Virus record (IMG/VR): IMGVR_UViG_3300028384_000675
Coordinates: 28,947 to 92,946 of that record
Direction: 5' to 3' (one strand)
DNA from: a virus
Length of the DNA stretch: 64,000 nucleotides
Part shown: piece after piece, positions 46,701-56,435 of the stretch
Layout of the letters: every line of letters begins with the position of its first letter
Position numbering within the stretch: position 1 is the stretch's first letter
The notes under the pieces: model-generated
What the model saw: the letters and a program-made list of their open reading frames with translations, nothing else
Told to the model about the DNA's origin: nothing
Databases searched by the model: none
Made by a program: the position numbers and the translations under genes

Positions 46701-49098
46701 GCGTGGTGTACTCTTCAAGTTGATCAAGTTTCGCTTCGATCTTAGCAATGTCTGCCATCGTGTAACGCTTGTGTTCGATAGGAGTTGCCTGTAGATCATT
46801 CTCGTCTAGAGTATTGGCGTTCATTATGACCTTGTATAACTCAAGCGCATTATCTGGCGTTGGTTTAAACTGAGGTTTCTCTGCCTGTTGACCCATGAGC
46901 AACTGGACGTCGCCTTCTTGCGTTACGATTAGTTTGTCGGCACGTGGTAGGAAATAACTTACATCTGCTGTAATGTTTGTTCCGTTACGCGGTAGTGCGT
47001 GAATGTTAGAGAACGTTCCGTCGTTCTTGTCCGCGCGGAAATCAAGGTAGTTAAACAGACTGACTTCTGTACCGTCTTGCAGAGTGTGTGTAGGAATATC
47101 TTTGTATCCAATAGCATACGACGTCGCATCATAAAAATCTCCTGCGCCGCGCGTGAAGTGCTGATAATTGACATAAATCTGACTCGGAGCAGAGTCTTGA
47201 GAGTTTAGAATTAATCGACCATCGGCATAGAAATTATCGCGTTGACCATCATCCAATACGAACCTTCCTAACATATCGAAACCAGCAGCATCAAAGTTTC
47301 TTGCTGAATCTACTGCGTAAACATCTGGAACTTGGAAGTCATAGAAGTTGTACGTATTACCCTCTGCGTCAGATGATGTCTGTAAAGGCAATGTTGCTGT
47401 GGAGGAGGTTAGTGTTTTCGAGCGGCGTGTTGCCGTCTTTGTGTAATAGTAGATAATTTCATATGTTTTTCCGGCAGTAAGTCCACCGGATACCTGAGCA
47501 TCTCTTCCGCCATTAGTAGTTGTTACAATCGTTCCAGTCCTGAAAGATTCGTCGTCAGCAGCAATCACCCAAAGAGAGGTGTCGCTATACGCTTCCCCTA
47601 CAGGTAATTGTGACATTGTGATTACACCGCCAGGAGCACTCTGAGATTGACGTGCTTGAACTGTCATAGTTATATCAGAGAATGATTCAGGTCTTGGTCT
47701 TGCCGTAGGGAATAACAGATCATTGTCTGTTGTTTGGAATAGTCGAGCATCAGTTCCTTGAAGAACAAGGTTGAAATAATCTGTTGCTGATGTACCAATA
47801 CTTCTTGCAGTCTTAAGATCTTGATCTGAGTCGACGTGCACATCGAATACATATACTTTGTGGAATTCTCCGTCTTCTTCTACTGCACGAATTCTAGCAG
47901 TACCTATACTCGTTCCCGCGCCACCAAGTGAATTATACAAATTAATTTCAGAAAAGTCAAGGTCTGGAAGTCCACGGCAACTATCAACGAGGAAGTAGTT
48001 TCCATAGACCGCAGGAATTAGATCGTTTGTAACTGTTTCTGTTTCGAGAGGTTTCGGTACGCTTAACTTGATCGGTGATTGGTTTTCGACGCGATAACCA
48101 TTGACATATGCAGACCCAGATGAGATAACAAGGTCAAGGTTTGAGTCGCCGACAACGCCATCTTCGAAATGAATGGTGAATGGGTTTACGATATAGTCGC
48201 CTGATTCTTCGTTAGTACGAAGCGCCATCAACTCGTTTATTTTGTTGTATGCATCTGACTCTTGAATCTCTTCGACGATCTTTGAGTTCTCAACTCTTGC
48301 GAGGAAAACGAACGTGTCGTCTACGGATACTTTATCCTGAGTTGTCAACGCCAATCTGATACGATAACGGTCAGCACCAGGAGAAGCAGTGTTAACAATA
48401 CCGCCAGTGTTATCATAAAGATCCGTCGTATCGTTGACAGTGATAACTTCTTGTTCTACTTTAAAACCAACGACTGCATCTACTGAATTAGAATATGGTG
48501 AAATGATAATTGACTGCGCGTTCGCATGTACGAAACGACCAAGTACAAAGAAGTCTCCCTCAGATACATCAAAACGAACACCTTTACCTGTCGCATTAGG
48601 CGTCTCAGTAACAAGTTCGTATGAATTGTCAGTTAAGTTTACTGATTCGAGTGTCTCGTTGTCTCCAAATACTGTTGGCGCGTCAGATATTGCTGCGTTG
48701 TTGCTGTTAATGTACTGAACGTATAATGTATTGAAAGTAAAATCGCCGTCAAGAGGTTCGACGCGAAGAACTTTCGCCTTCACGCCAGTAGATGTATTTT
48801 GAAATACAGTTCCTACAGGGATATTATCAAATGCGCCACCAGAGTTTACCGAAGCGATTTTGATGAAGTCGATGTCAGCATTGATTGCAGAACCGCCAGA
48901 AGAAACAGCGGCACCTTCTTTAAATACATTGCGACCGAACCTTCCCATTTCTTCATAGATCAGTGTCTGTAGTTGAGTTAGTTCTCTCGCCTGTAATGCT
49001 CGCCCAGAGTTGAATAATATCTGATGATAATTATCGTTCTGGTCGAAGTCGTCGCTGTATAGACTTGGGAGTGTACTTGATGTAAATACTGTTGCCAT
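43723..49098 (-). CDS. Large baseplate-associated virion protein (VrlC/DUF4815 family)
   Basis: YSDDFD...QILFNSGRALQARELTQLQT...PGADRYRI...ALRTNEESGDYIV...KRYTMADI...LVDDF...NPMSQTFYV. Confidence 0.88.
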   Translation of the reverse strand: MATVFTSSTLPSLYSDDFDQNDNYHQILFNSGRALQARELTQLQTLIYEEMGRFGRNVFKEGAAVSSGGSAINADIDFIKIASVNSGGAFDNIPVGTVFQNTSTGVKAKVLRVEPLDGDFTFNTLYVQYINSNNAAISDAPTVFGDNETLESVNLTDNSYELVTETPNATGKGVRFDVSEGDFFVLGRFVHANAQSIIISPYSNSVDAVVGFKVEQEVITVNDTTDLYDNTGGIVNTASPGADRYRIRLALTTQDKVSVDDTFVFLARVENSKIVEEIQESDAYNKINELMALRTNEESGDYIVNPFTIHFEDGVVGDSNLDLVISSGSAYVNGYRVENQSPIKLSVPKPLETETVTNDLIPAVYGNYFLVDSCRGLPDLDFSEINLYNSLGGAGTSIGTARIRAVEEDGEFHKVYVFDVHVDSDQDLKTARSIGTSATDYFNLVLQGTDARLFQTTDNDLLFPTARPRPESFSDITMTVQARQSQSAPGGVITMSQLPVGEAYSDTSLWVIAADDESFRTGTIVTTTNGGRDAQVSGGLTAGKTYEIIYYYTKTATRRSKTLTSSTATLPLQTSSDAEGNTYNFYDFQVPDVYAVDSARNFDAAGFDMLGRFVLDDGQRDNFYADGRLILNSQDSAPSQIYVNYQHFTRGAGDFYDATSYAIGYKDIPTHTLQDGTEVSLFNYLDFRADKNDGTFSNIHALPRNGTNITADVSYFLPRADKLIVTQEGDVQLLMGQQAEKPQFKPTPDNALELYKVIMNANTLDENDLQATPIEHKRYTMADIAKIEAKLDQLEEYTTLTFLEMEQRMSPSYDSDGNERTESGSLVDDFSDQTGADTSNPDYAASIDPESRLIRPSVDEDNIRLVWDDALNPVGNNVVKSGDQVYLNYDSAEWAYQSLASRSVNINPFGLVDNVGTLKLSPSSDEWKESYEEAETALGGASRVDRRQAFLWNNWMWNWCGRSVEDIHLDYNKKPRNKLREVREQQRRSLFGNEKYNSTFSSVPTDTANGKYVSRVIASDTLRSIVNGRCVDVALIPWMRSRKVYFHAKGLKPNTKFTPFFDGQDVSDWCREESTFVRWADRKDDIGNQFRQSNLVEHPNGKTELIADENGEVIGSFFIPNIKPLYDIVQYRRGKIRKRTYIRFRTGVREFKLLDINTNDWTAADSKCFAYYSALGAYHKRYHNILSNRARQQVLPWSNLPTRVNAYSASESRDLLNQVTASQVSIVDPKLAGQYGPATSPLSAAALAGLDANGQMSQVLSDYINVNNNQFAGPAINVLSLPQNPMSQTFYVDNQFGVVLTKVDLFFRTKDTTGIPVSIHLRPVEDGKPSTSNIVPDSHVYLNASDVNEIGSNPQMSTIQETPTSFVFDEPIYLQPWTEYAIVVTSQSTEYELFSAKTKEPLFGSTSRFITTQPAPGSLYLPQNGLVWVESKDQDLMYKLTRARFDVGGGSLILRNANLPAALLEENPIRTTAGSSRVYVSHPNHGFQAGDTTSLDSCSDVNGILESSINTTQTIDSADIHGYTFDVGSSATDTGYGGGDRTLARKNKVFNVANPYIESIIPNFTSVDISAKFTSGSFISEGASRFDADPQYARVTPKQNVDFTETKAIYNEATETSELGPGNYSSYIKVDMKTSNDYVSPIIDLQRTSLIMAGYKMDNPEVTPHIYPVDETNPYGGTTGSRHITTPITLEEAAVGIDARLLINLPFGSDLRLYYRVAASDENILDQRWIEQPIQSEISRDNDLTFREAHFLVGGMGGTTNPFNQAQLKYVMTGGGKAPTIKSAGIRFLAV

Positions 49099-49101
49099 GT
49101 T

Positions 49102-50424
49102 TTATCCTAATTCAATAACTATTCGAATGTCTTCGGTTTGGTTACTTGTCCGGTCAATTACTTCTGAAACATTATTTAGGTACAGAATATCACCCGAATA
49201 TGCATCGATGTCTGGGTTAGTTTGCGAGAGAATAGAAGCAGTCACTGTATCGTCAGTAATTGTTAATCCGTTAGTGAATGATTCAAACCCTGTGTCCAGA
49301 TCCTGATAGTAATACAACCTCTCATTGATTGTGTCGTGGAAAAACACTTTTCCTGTTGCTCCATTTGTACTTGTTCGAAATACTGCATCCTCAGGGAATG
49401 TACCATTCGCTGAACCAGGATTAAGGTTTAATCGCTTCATACCGATTCCGGTGTTTCCTGTGAAATCAGAGTCTGAGTTGAACTTTCTAGGGTTACGAAT
49501 CAACGCAACCTGTCGGAAATCGTTCTCCGCTGGAATCGTGCCAGTCTCGTCTCCCTGAATGTCAACTTGGAGCATCAATGACTTAGACTTTAATGAGGTC
49601 ACTGGATTTGCGTTTAATCCACCTTGAGGAGCGAAGATCGGAGTTACTGCGCCGTCACCGCCAGTTACCTCTGCTGAGGCAGCGTCATATCCTGCTCCAT
49701 GCATATAATCGCCTTCACTATCTGTTTCCAGATTAATTGATTCAATACCACCATCAGATATAGAAGCTGAGAAGTCAGCAGGAGAAGTAGGAATTCCGCT
49801 GATTGTAAGTTCTGCGCTTCCTCCTGGATATGACGTTCCGGCAGAGTCAATCGTGAACCCTAGGATCTCTCCGTCGACTGAACTGTTTTGTAGCGCGAGT
49901 TGCTCAATTTCCTGAGCGATTGTAGGATTACCAGAAACTTTCTTGACAGGCATGTAACTGCGCGTTCTAAAGTTAGAGAAATCAAGATTAGACATCTTGT
50001 ACATATATCGCCACAGATAACCATCTCCAGTAGCGAATGTCTTGACATCATTATTCGCGAGTGCCGCAGTAGGTTCGGTTGTCGATGCTGCGTTAGGAGA
50101 CTCGACGCAAATAAATACTTCGTTGATAGAATTAATTACATAAAAATTAGACTGGTTCGGATCTTGATCTGTGTATGCGTTATAGATGTCATTGTTTTGC
50201 CATTCTACTGTAGGGACAACGAAAGAGGCATTGCTCAATACCTTTACTGCCTGCAGACCGTTTCTAAATTTAAACTGTTCTGCTCGAGAGTCAGCGTTAG
50301 CATCCGGAGTGTAACTTTCTGCACGAGAGATGCCGATATAGTAAGTTGCACTATCCCCTTCAACATCTTGTATCATCTGATTGAATAGAAGGGTTCGAAG
50401 GTCGTTTGTAACTACGGATGTCAT
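49102..50424 (-). CDS. gp8: Baseplate wedge subunit (gp8-like)
   Basis: YYIGISR...FYVINS..EVFIC...STTEPT...GDGYLWRYMY...NDFRQVALIRNP...SGDILYLNN...RTSNQTEDIRIVIEL. Confidence 0.88.
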   Translation of the reverse strand: MTSVVTNDLRTLLFNQMIQDVEGDSATYYIGISRAESYTPDANADSRAEQFKFRNGLQAVKVLSNASFVVPTVEWQNNDIYNAYTDQDPNQSNFYVINSINEVFICVESPNAASTTEPTAALANNDVKTFATGDGYLWRYMYKMSNLDFSNFRTRSYMPVKKVSGNPTIAQEIEQLALQNSSVDGEILGFTIDSAGTSYPGGSAELTISGIPTSPADFSASISDGGIESINLETDSEGDYMHGAGYDAASAEVTGGDGAVTPIFAPQGGLNANPVTSLKSKSLMLQVDIQGDETGTIPAENDFRQVALIRNPRKFNSDSDFTGNTGIGMKRLNLNPGSANGTFPEDAVFRTSTNGATGKVFFHDTINERLYYYQDLDTGFESFTNGLTITDDTVTASILSQTNPDIDAYSGDILYLNNVSEVIDRTSNQTEDIRIVIELG

Positions 50425-50450
50425 AATTCAGTCTCTTAACATTATGAAGG

Positions 50451-50458
50451 TATTTATA
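50451..50458 (-). promoter_or_regulatory. Late promoter TATAAATA overlapping the gp6 stop
   Basis: Exact consensus about 26 nt upstream of the gp8 ATG. Confidence 0.7.
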
Positions 50459-52220
50459 CGGTATCTGTTATAATCGCTGTCGCGCTCGATTCTTCACCAT
50501 CAAACAAGAGGATATTGTTTCTTGTTGGGTTAATCGTCGCCTGATTCGCCGGAATCGCAGTGATCTTAAAGAAATCGCCAGTAATTAAAGTGCTGTTAAA
50601 TCCAGACAAGATCAATGTTCCCTCTGCTGGATCATAGTACCCAACGTTGTCAATCTCAGGTTTCCCAGTAGCAGTATCAATAACCTCAATGACAGTACTG
50701 TCGAGTCGATTCTGTAAGAAACACACTTTACCGTTTAGGAAGAAATTCTTAGACTTCAACGTGTGTATTTCGTCGCTCGGCGCTGAAATAGAAGTCGGGA
50801 ATGTAATAGCATAACTGTCGATTAGTGATTGTGGTACAAATCGATGCTGCATCTTGACGACCGCTCGACTTGAAAGAACTGAAGGATCTGATTCGTCAAT
50901 GCGCGTCAATAGGTTTGAGCGCCGGAAAGACTGATCGAACTGCCCGAGTTGTTCGTCGAAATAAACTCTAACTGTCTCTGCGACTTTCGCTTCAATTGAT
51001 GATTCTGAGGAGGAAGTCAAATATGGGTTAAACTGAAAGAACGTTTCTACTTCGAGGAAGGTGAGGTTCGGGTCTACAAATTCTATATTAAAAGAAGCAA
51101 CAGAAAGGTCTTTTGCCAGATTCTTGATATTACCTTTCGTGATATCTTGTACGGTTTCATCTTCTGTTTCGAACAGAATAGAAACAAACACCTTACCATA
51201 CTCTGGCGGCACGTTATCTTCGCCGCCCCAAGATTTTATATCAGCGATCGACGTTCCATAGTTTCTTTGAATCAGTGCCGAATAATCTTCAGCGGTGACC
51301 ATACGGTTTTGTGCTGCATAAAGGTATGGCGCATTTTTTCTGATTGACTCAATGTTTTCTTTGAATGAACCTGATGCCGAATTAGAAACAGTTTTAAGAG
51401 AAGGAAACAATCCGGTTGTATCGTCAAACTTTACAGCACCATTTGCCTCTGGTCCAGACACTGTTTCATATAGAACCTGCACTCTATTTCCTGGTCGCGG
51501 AATCTGATCTGTTATGATACCATTACCGAACGATATTTCGTAGAAACCATTTGGTGTTTCTTTAATCACGAATATCTTTGAATCGCTGTTTATATTTGTT
51601 GCTTCATTAATATTCGTATATGCATCATACACAGAAGTTGAGGTGTTATCATAGACGCGTACACGAACTGTTTCGATATCTAGGTTGGATTCAGGAATAA
51701 CATAAGTATCGTTTTCTCCTGTTGTTCCTGATATAAAGTTCTTTGAACGAGGAACGCCTTCATATACTGGAATATTTGCATTACCATCAATCGTCATTGT
51801 GTACTGATTGGTACCCGTTGATACCGGAGTCATAACGTCGCGAGTTCTAAATGTATATGTTTTGTTGTCCACTGTCGTAGTAAACGCAGTACCGATAGGG
51901 ATTGTACCAGGATCTGATGATGTAGTCAACTGTAATACTGCAACTGATGCCGACCTTGATCTAACAGTATATCCTAGTGCGCCAGCGAGACCAACCATCG
52001 AGGAACGTAACTGCGCAGTTGATAGGAATGATTCGTTTAAAGCAAAGTTTGCCATCAGGGCATTCTGGTGAGTGTTGTAGGCAAGTACGTCTAACAGGTT
52101 AGATAAACCTGATGCTTCGAAATTATAGTCAGCGAACTCCGGTTGTCTTTGGAAATATTCTTTTAGACTATTCTTTATTGTATTAAAATCAAGTTCCGCA
52201 GAACGTATTGTGGTTGCCAT
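50454..52220 (-). CDS. gp6: Baseplate wedge subunit (gp6)
   Basis: ELDFNTIKNSLKEYF...DYNFEASGLSNLLDVLAYNTH...NESFLSTAQLRSS...AQNRMVTAEDY...WGGEDNVPPEYGKVF. Confidence 0.95.
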   Translation of the reverse strand: MATTIRSAELDFNTIKNSLKEYFQRQPEFADYNFEASGLSNLLDVLAYNTHQNALMANFALNESFLSTAQLRSSMVGLAGALGYTVRSRSASVAVLQLTTSSDPGTIPIGTAFTTTVDNKTYTFRTRDVMTPVSTGTNQYTMTIDGNANIPVYEGVPRSKNFISGTTGENDTYVIPESNLDIETVRVRVYDNTSTSVYDAYTNINEATNINSDSKIFVIKETPNGFYEISFGNGIITDQIPRPGNRVQVLYETVSGPEANGAVKFDDTTGLFPSLKTVSNSASGSFKENIESIRKNAPYLYAAQNRMVTAEDYSALIQRNYGTSIADIKSWGGEDNVPPEYGKVFVSILFETEDETVQDITKGNIKNLAKDLSVASFNIEFVDPNLTFLEVETFFQFNPYLTSSSESSIEAKVAETVRVYFDEQLGQFDQSFRRSNLLTRIDESDPSVLSSRAVVKMQHRFVPQSLIDSYAITFPTSISAPSDEIHTLKSKNFFLNGKVCFLQNRLDSTVIEVIDTATGKPEIDNVGYYDPAEGTLILSGFNSTLITGDFFKITAIPANQATINPTRNNILLFDGEESSATAIITDTV

Positions 52221-52247
52221 TTGACTTCTCCAGATTCATAACAAGGT

Positions 52248-52255
52248 TATTTATA
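52248..52255 (-). promoter_or_regulatory. Late promoter TATAAATA for gp6
   Basis: Exact consensus immediately after a terminator. Confidence 0.8.
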
Positions 52256-52258
52256 TAC

Positions 52259-52283
52259 AAAAAAGGCACCCGAAGGTGCCTTT
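52259..52283 (-). terminator. Rho-independent terminator with a cUUCGg tetraloop
   Basis: Minus strand reads AAAGGCACC-TTCG-GGTGCCTTTTTT. Confidence 0.9.
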
Positions 52284-52310
52284 CAAATATTTCTTCAATT
52301 GATAATTAAC

Positions 52311-54995
52311 TTATAACTTAAACCAGATGTTCTTGATATAACAGATTGAAACACCATACTCCACTATCTGCATTAAGTCGTTAGCAGTAGGATCGAATGA
52401 TTCCTCTAGAGGTTGATCAGTTATATTCGGACCATTGTTGACATTAATGTGTCCGCTATTAAACCCATCAACATATCCCCACTCAACTTTTATTTGAGTG
52501 GCACCGGATGGACCATTCCAAGAAGTCATAATTATACCACCGTTAGAAGAACCAGTTCCCCAGAACATAATTGACTCTGATGGACGTGTATAATCATTAC
52601 CTCCTCCGGCGACATTAGTACCGTCGTGATATTCCGGAGCATATTGAGCGTTATATCCATAAGTAGACATATCTGGCATCAATATGTTATTACCGTTCCA
52701 AGCAGTAGATGTTGACGCATCCAACGTATTATCGCTAGCGAACGAGGAATAGAGAATCCATCCTTCATTGTCCATATATGACTGAGTTTCAGTACCGCCT
52801 TCAGAGAATGATACGATTTCATTACCTTTTCCTGCTGCTACCGCATCAGATGAAGAAGTATATGAAACTTCCGGTTCTGGTTCTGGTTCTGGTTCTGGTT
52901 CAGGAGCAAGACTATCTGTTGATCCAGAGTCTGTTCCAGCACCACCAGTTGTTGGGTTATTCAGGACGATGTAGATACCGTCCTGAGTAATCATCAGTTC
53001 GCCTTCTTGTGACGCGAGTGTATCATCTGGTACACTAATACCATCAGCACGTCCAATAATACCTTCAGGAGAAGAACCAGTCTCATCCATCTCAGTTATG
53101 TTTGCCAGCATGAAGAAACTTGCGTTGCTTGCGTCAACCTCAGAAGTAATTCCTACAGTGTTTGCATCAATCGCTCTTGCTTCAACGCTGAGCAGGTCAC
53201 CCGAACCATCCATGACGCCCATGGTGAAACCAGCAATAAACGGCAATGACAGATTGTGAGTGATAACGAATTCAACATCAGCGAGCAGGTTAATGCCGTC
53301 TTGGTTGAATGCTTTGATCTCAGCGTGCGTTTCGCGCGAGTATACAATATCAGTCAGAATCGATAAGTCTGAGTCGTTGCCGTCTACATCGTTTTTTAGT
53401 TCGTTGACTGCCTCTGCCAGTGTTTGCGCTGAAGTTTGCAGCGAACCAGGAGTTCCTAGATATCCTTGCAGAGAAAGAATGTCAGAATCGTTAGCAGTGA
53501 TAGGACCATTAGCAGAATCGTTGCGACCATGTAACTCATTGAGTGCCTCCGCAAGGTTATTTGCCGTTGTGTTCAGTACTGTTCCTTCTCCAGTATATGC
53601 TTGTAGAGAAGTAATCAAACCTGCGTTTGCTAGGATATCTGAATCGTTTGTTACGATATTACCTTCTGCTGTCAGCATACGCGCAGCAAGAGAAGCAATA
53701 TCGACGTCGTTAGAAACAATATTAGTTTCTGCTGTTGTCAAACGGGCGACGAGTGAAGCGATATCCGAATCGTTTCCGCTGTTACCGATTTGCTCAAATG
53801 CCGAAGCGATATCTGAATCGTTTGCTGCGATCTGAGCATACAGACTAGCAATGTCACTGTCGACTCCGCTGAATGTAGTATCTACAGAATCAACTCTTGT
53901 CAGCAACGCCAAGATTTCTTGACGGTTCGCAGCAGTTTCGTTTGTGTTTAAAAGAACTGCCGCAGTATTCGTTGCGATCTCGGCAGCGTTAGCAGCAATG
54001 TCTGTTGCGTTAACATTGATTTCGCCATGTAATTCGTTAATCGCATTGGCAATAGTAGTTGCGATTGTAGAAAGAGCAGTACCTTCTCCAGTAAATGTCT
54101 GAAGAGAAGATACGTTTAAGTCTTCGGCATCAATTCTTGCAACTAAAGCGTTGTCGGAAGTAACCAATTCATTGATCGCACCAGCAATATTAGTCGCTAG
54201 AGTATCGAGAGAAGTACCTTCGCCGACAAATGATTCGATAGCATCAACTTCACCAGAGGCAGAGTCAGCACGCGCAACCAAAAGGTTGATCGCTTCTGCT
54301 AGATCAGCACCAATAGAAAGTGGCGTCCCTTCTCCAGTAAATCCTTGTAGAGACTGAATATCTGCAGCGTTCGCTTGGTGAGGTGCTACGTTAGCAGCAA
54401 TTGCTGCCGCCAGTTGAGATCCTGCTAATGTCGCTGGAGTTACTGCTTCAGAATCGCTTAGACCGTCATCAACCGTTTGTTGTGTCGCGATGTCGATCGT
54501 ACCTGCTTGCTCTGTTGTAGCAGGACCAGTGTTAGACTGGAAGATCCAAGCAGTCGATGCATCCCAGAAGATAACTGCGTCGCCGATCTGAACTTTGTTG
54601 TTCGGATAGAATGTAACGCCAGACATGACAAGGTCGCCAGCAGCATTCGCAATATACTGGTTGCCCTTTCTTGCTTGAATTGGACCGGAGGTAGAAGTCG
54701 ACTGACTTGTGAGTGTAGGGTTAATGTCCCCTCTATAAATGACATCCCCTTGAATGTCATTTGAAATTCGTTCGAACTGTGAGTTTGCAGAAACAAAAAC
54801 AAACAACTGACCTTCGTTGACATCGAAGACGACCTGACCATTGTGATCGTTGCCGAGCAGTTCTGATGCTACGAGTTCTTGTTCTAGCGTTAGACGACCA
54901 GCAGAGGTGACGTTCTGTAAACGCGCGTTGCTTAACTGACCAACCTTAGATATGCTGAGGTTAGCATCAATCACTAAATTTGGGTATTGTGGCAT
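52311..54995 (-). CDS. Fibre/whisker-like protein: coiled coils, (EP)n linker and a fibrinogen-like/lectin-type C-terminal domain
   Basis: Repeated L.T.A..LA.AINEL and NDSDIASL motifs; PEPEPEPEPE linker; TQSYMDNEGWILYSSF. Likely start is the ATG at 54995, after GGAG. Confidence 0.65.
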   Translation of the reverse strand: MPQYPNLVIDANLSISKVGQLSNARLQNVTSAGRLTLEQELVASELLGNDHNGQVVFDVNEGQLFVFVSANSQFERISNDIQGDVIYRGDINPTLTSQSTSTSGPIQARKGNQYIANAAGDLVMSGVTFYPNNKVQIGDAVIFWDASTAWIFQSNTGPATTEQAGTIDIATQQTVDDGLSDSEAVTPATLAGSQLAAAIAANVAPHQANAADIQSLQGFTGEGTPLSIGADLAEAINLLVARADSASGEVDAIESFVGEGTSLDTLATNIAGAINELVTSDNALVARIDAEDLNVSSLQTFTGEGTALSTIATTIANAINELHGEINVNATDIAANAAEIATNTAAVLLNTNETAANRQEILALLTRVDSVDTTFSGVDSDIASLYAQIAANDSDIASAFEQIGNSGNDSDIASLVARLTTAETNIVSNDVDIASLAARMLTAEGNIVTNDSDILANAGLITSLQAYTGEGTVLNTTANNLAEALNELHGRNDSANGPITANDSDILSLQGYLGTPGSLQTSAQTLAEAVNELKNDVDGNDSDLSILTDIVYSRETHAEIKAFNQDGINLLADVEFVITHNLSLPFIAGFTMGVMDGSGDLLSVEARAIDANTVGITSEVDASNASFFMLANITEMDETGSSPEGIIGRADGISVPDDTLASQEGELMITQDGIYIVLNNPTTGGAGTDSGSTDSLAPEPEPEPEPEPEVSYTSSSDAVAAGKGNEIVSFSEGGTETQSYMDNEGWILYSSFASDNTLDASTSTAWNGNNILMPDMSTYGYNAQYAPEYHDGTNVAGGGNDYTRPSESIMFWGTGSSNGGIIMTSWNGPSGATQIKVEWGYVDGFNSGHINVNNGPNITDQPLEESFDPTANDLMQIVEYGVSICYIKNIWFKL
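52873..52902. repeat. Hexanucleotide tandem repeat (GGTTCT)x4+GGTTCA encoding a Glu-Pro linker
   Basis: Seen directly in the sequence. Confidence 0.9.
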
Positions 54996-55084
54996 CTTTT
55001 TCTCCAAAGAGTTTTTGTTTTTATTATTTTATCGCAAAGGAGATATTCGGAAAAACCGAAGAATCAAAGATAACGAGTCAATTG

Positions 55085-55092
55085 TATTTATA
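55085..55092 (-). promoter_or_regulatory. Late promoter TATAAATA
   Basis: Exact consensus just after the gp25 stop. Confidence 0.8.
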
Positions 55093-55104
55093 GATTTGGA
55101 CTGT

Positions 55105-55668
55105 CTATTCGTCGACAATAATCTTGAAACCAAGATCTGTCATTACAAACAGATCGCCAGAAGAGAGGAGGTATTCAACACCATCGTCTTCTGTCGTTGG
55201 TAGTGCTTTCTCAATGACTACCGGAGTCCTTAAATCTAAGTTCAATGTTTCGGACACATTACTATTTATAACTTTAAATTCTAGTGTGACGCCCAGTGAG
55301 TTGTTATCAGGAGTTGAGAATACTTTTATATTTAGTATTTTTGCTCTTGGTTCATATCGTTCTATTGAGTTTTTAATTGCATCGATGACTTCATTGCCCG
55401 TGTTACCATCTGCAAGTTCAAATAGTTTGGCGCCAAGGTCAGCACCGAAAGCAGGTCGATATGGTTTCTCAAAACGGTTCGTCAAGATCAACGTCTTGAT
55501 TGACTGCTTGACTGCTGCAGCATCTAGTTTTTTGTAGATGTCGCCTTTGGAATCCACACCGCCATACTTAGCAGAAAACGTCAGGTCGAGGTCTGAGTAG
55601 ACTCTATCCCTCGTGACACGAATGCTCGATGCTAGATTACCGTCTTCGTATGAGAATACCTTTGGCAT
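55105..55668 (-). CDS. gp25: Baseplate wedge subunit (gp25) with a C-terminal extension
   Basis: YSDLDLTF...GDIYKKLDAAAVKQSIKTLILTNRFEKPYRPAFG...IERYEPRAKI. Confidence 0.92.
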   Translation of the reverse strand: MPKVFSYEDGNLASSIRVTRDRVYSDLDLTFSAKYGGVDSKGDIYKKLDAAAVKQSIKTLILTNRFEKPYRPAFGADLGAKLFELADGNTGNEVIDAIKNSIERYEPRAKILNIKVFSTPDNNSLGVTLEFKVINSNVSETLNLDLRTPVVIEKALPTTEDDGVEYLLSSGDLFVMTDLGFKIIVDE

Positions 55669-55694
55669 TATTATTACTCTTCAAATAATAGTAT

Positions 55695-56435
55695 TTAGTC
55701 ATCTTCTGGCAAGATTTCTAATAATTCATTGACTGTTTGTAGTGCACCGTTGAAGGTTGTCTCGAGTCCGTAGCGATATGAAACTTCCCACGAGGTAGGA
55801 ACCTCCGGCATTTCTAGGATAATTGAGCAGGTGAGATCTCCGCTCGGATCGAACGTGTCATAGTCTAGCGTCAGTTTGTCATAGTCCAGATAATCTTTCC
55901 AAAACACTGCGAGGTCAAACGACTTGCGGGAATCAGTTTTACCGTTCTTGTCAATGAGCTGGTAACCAATGGCGCGACCTGTTCTCCTCAAATCATTGAT
56001 GCTGCCGCCCGATGGTGTTTCGCCAGTATAAAGAGGGACACGAGCAACCCAACCGTCTGGTCCTTCTCCATATGAACCGCGAGGAAACTGTTTCGCCAGA
56101 TTTTTCGCTGCCTTCTCAGTGCCAGCATTGAGTTCTGATATCTCAAAGTTTGGGTTGGGTTCGTAGATGCCATCAGAAACGATCAGTCGATGCTGAGAAA
56201 AGTCAAGGTTGCCTGTCACCATATTCATTGCATTCGCATGAAGCACCAGATTGCGAGCAACCTCTTTTCGATCTACTGAACCGAAGAAGTCTTGACGATA
56301 CAGTTTCTCAAACTGTGTACGCGAACCCTTGGCACCGAGAAATTTAGCGCAGGCGATTCCTGGTGCCAGTTTAGTCTCAGAGGTTATGCGGGTTATTAAT
56401 TCAGGGTTATATTGTGGATCAACGAGTATCTTCAT
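55695..56435 (-). CDS. Hypothetical baseplate-region protein
   Basis: 246-aa ORF translationally coupled to the gp5 C-terminal gene; no family recognised. Confidence 0.65.
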   Translation of the reverse strand: MKILVDPQYNPELITRITSETKLAPGIACAKFLGAKGSRTQFEKLYRQDFFGSVDRKEVARNLVLHANAMNMVTGNLDFSQHRLIVSDGIYEPNPNFEISELNAGTEKAAKNLAKQFPRGSYGEGPDGWVARVPLYTGETPSGGSINDLRRTGRAIGYQLIDKNGKTDSRKSFDLAVFWKDYLDYDKLTLDYDTFDPSGDLTCSIILEMPEVPTSWEVSYRYGLETTFNGALQTVNELLEILPEDD

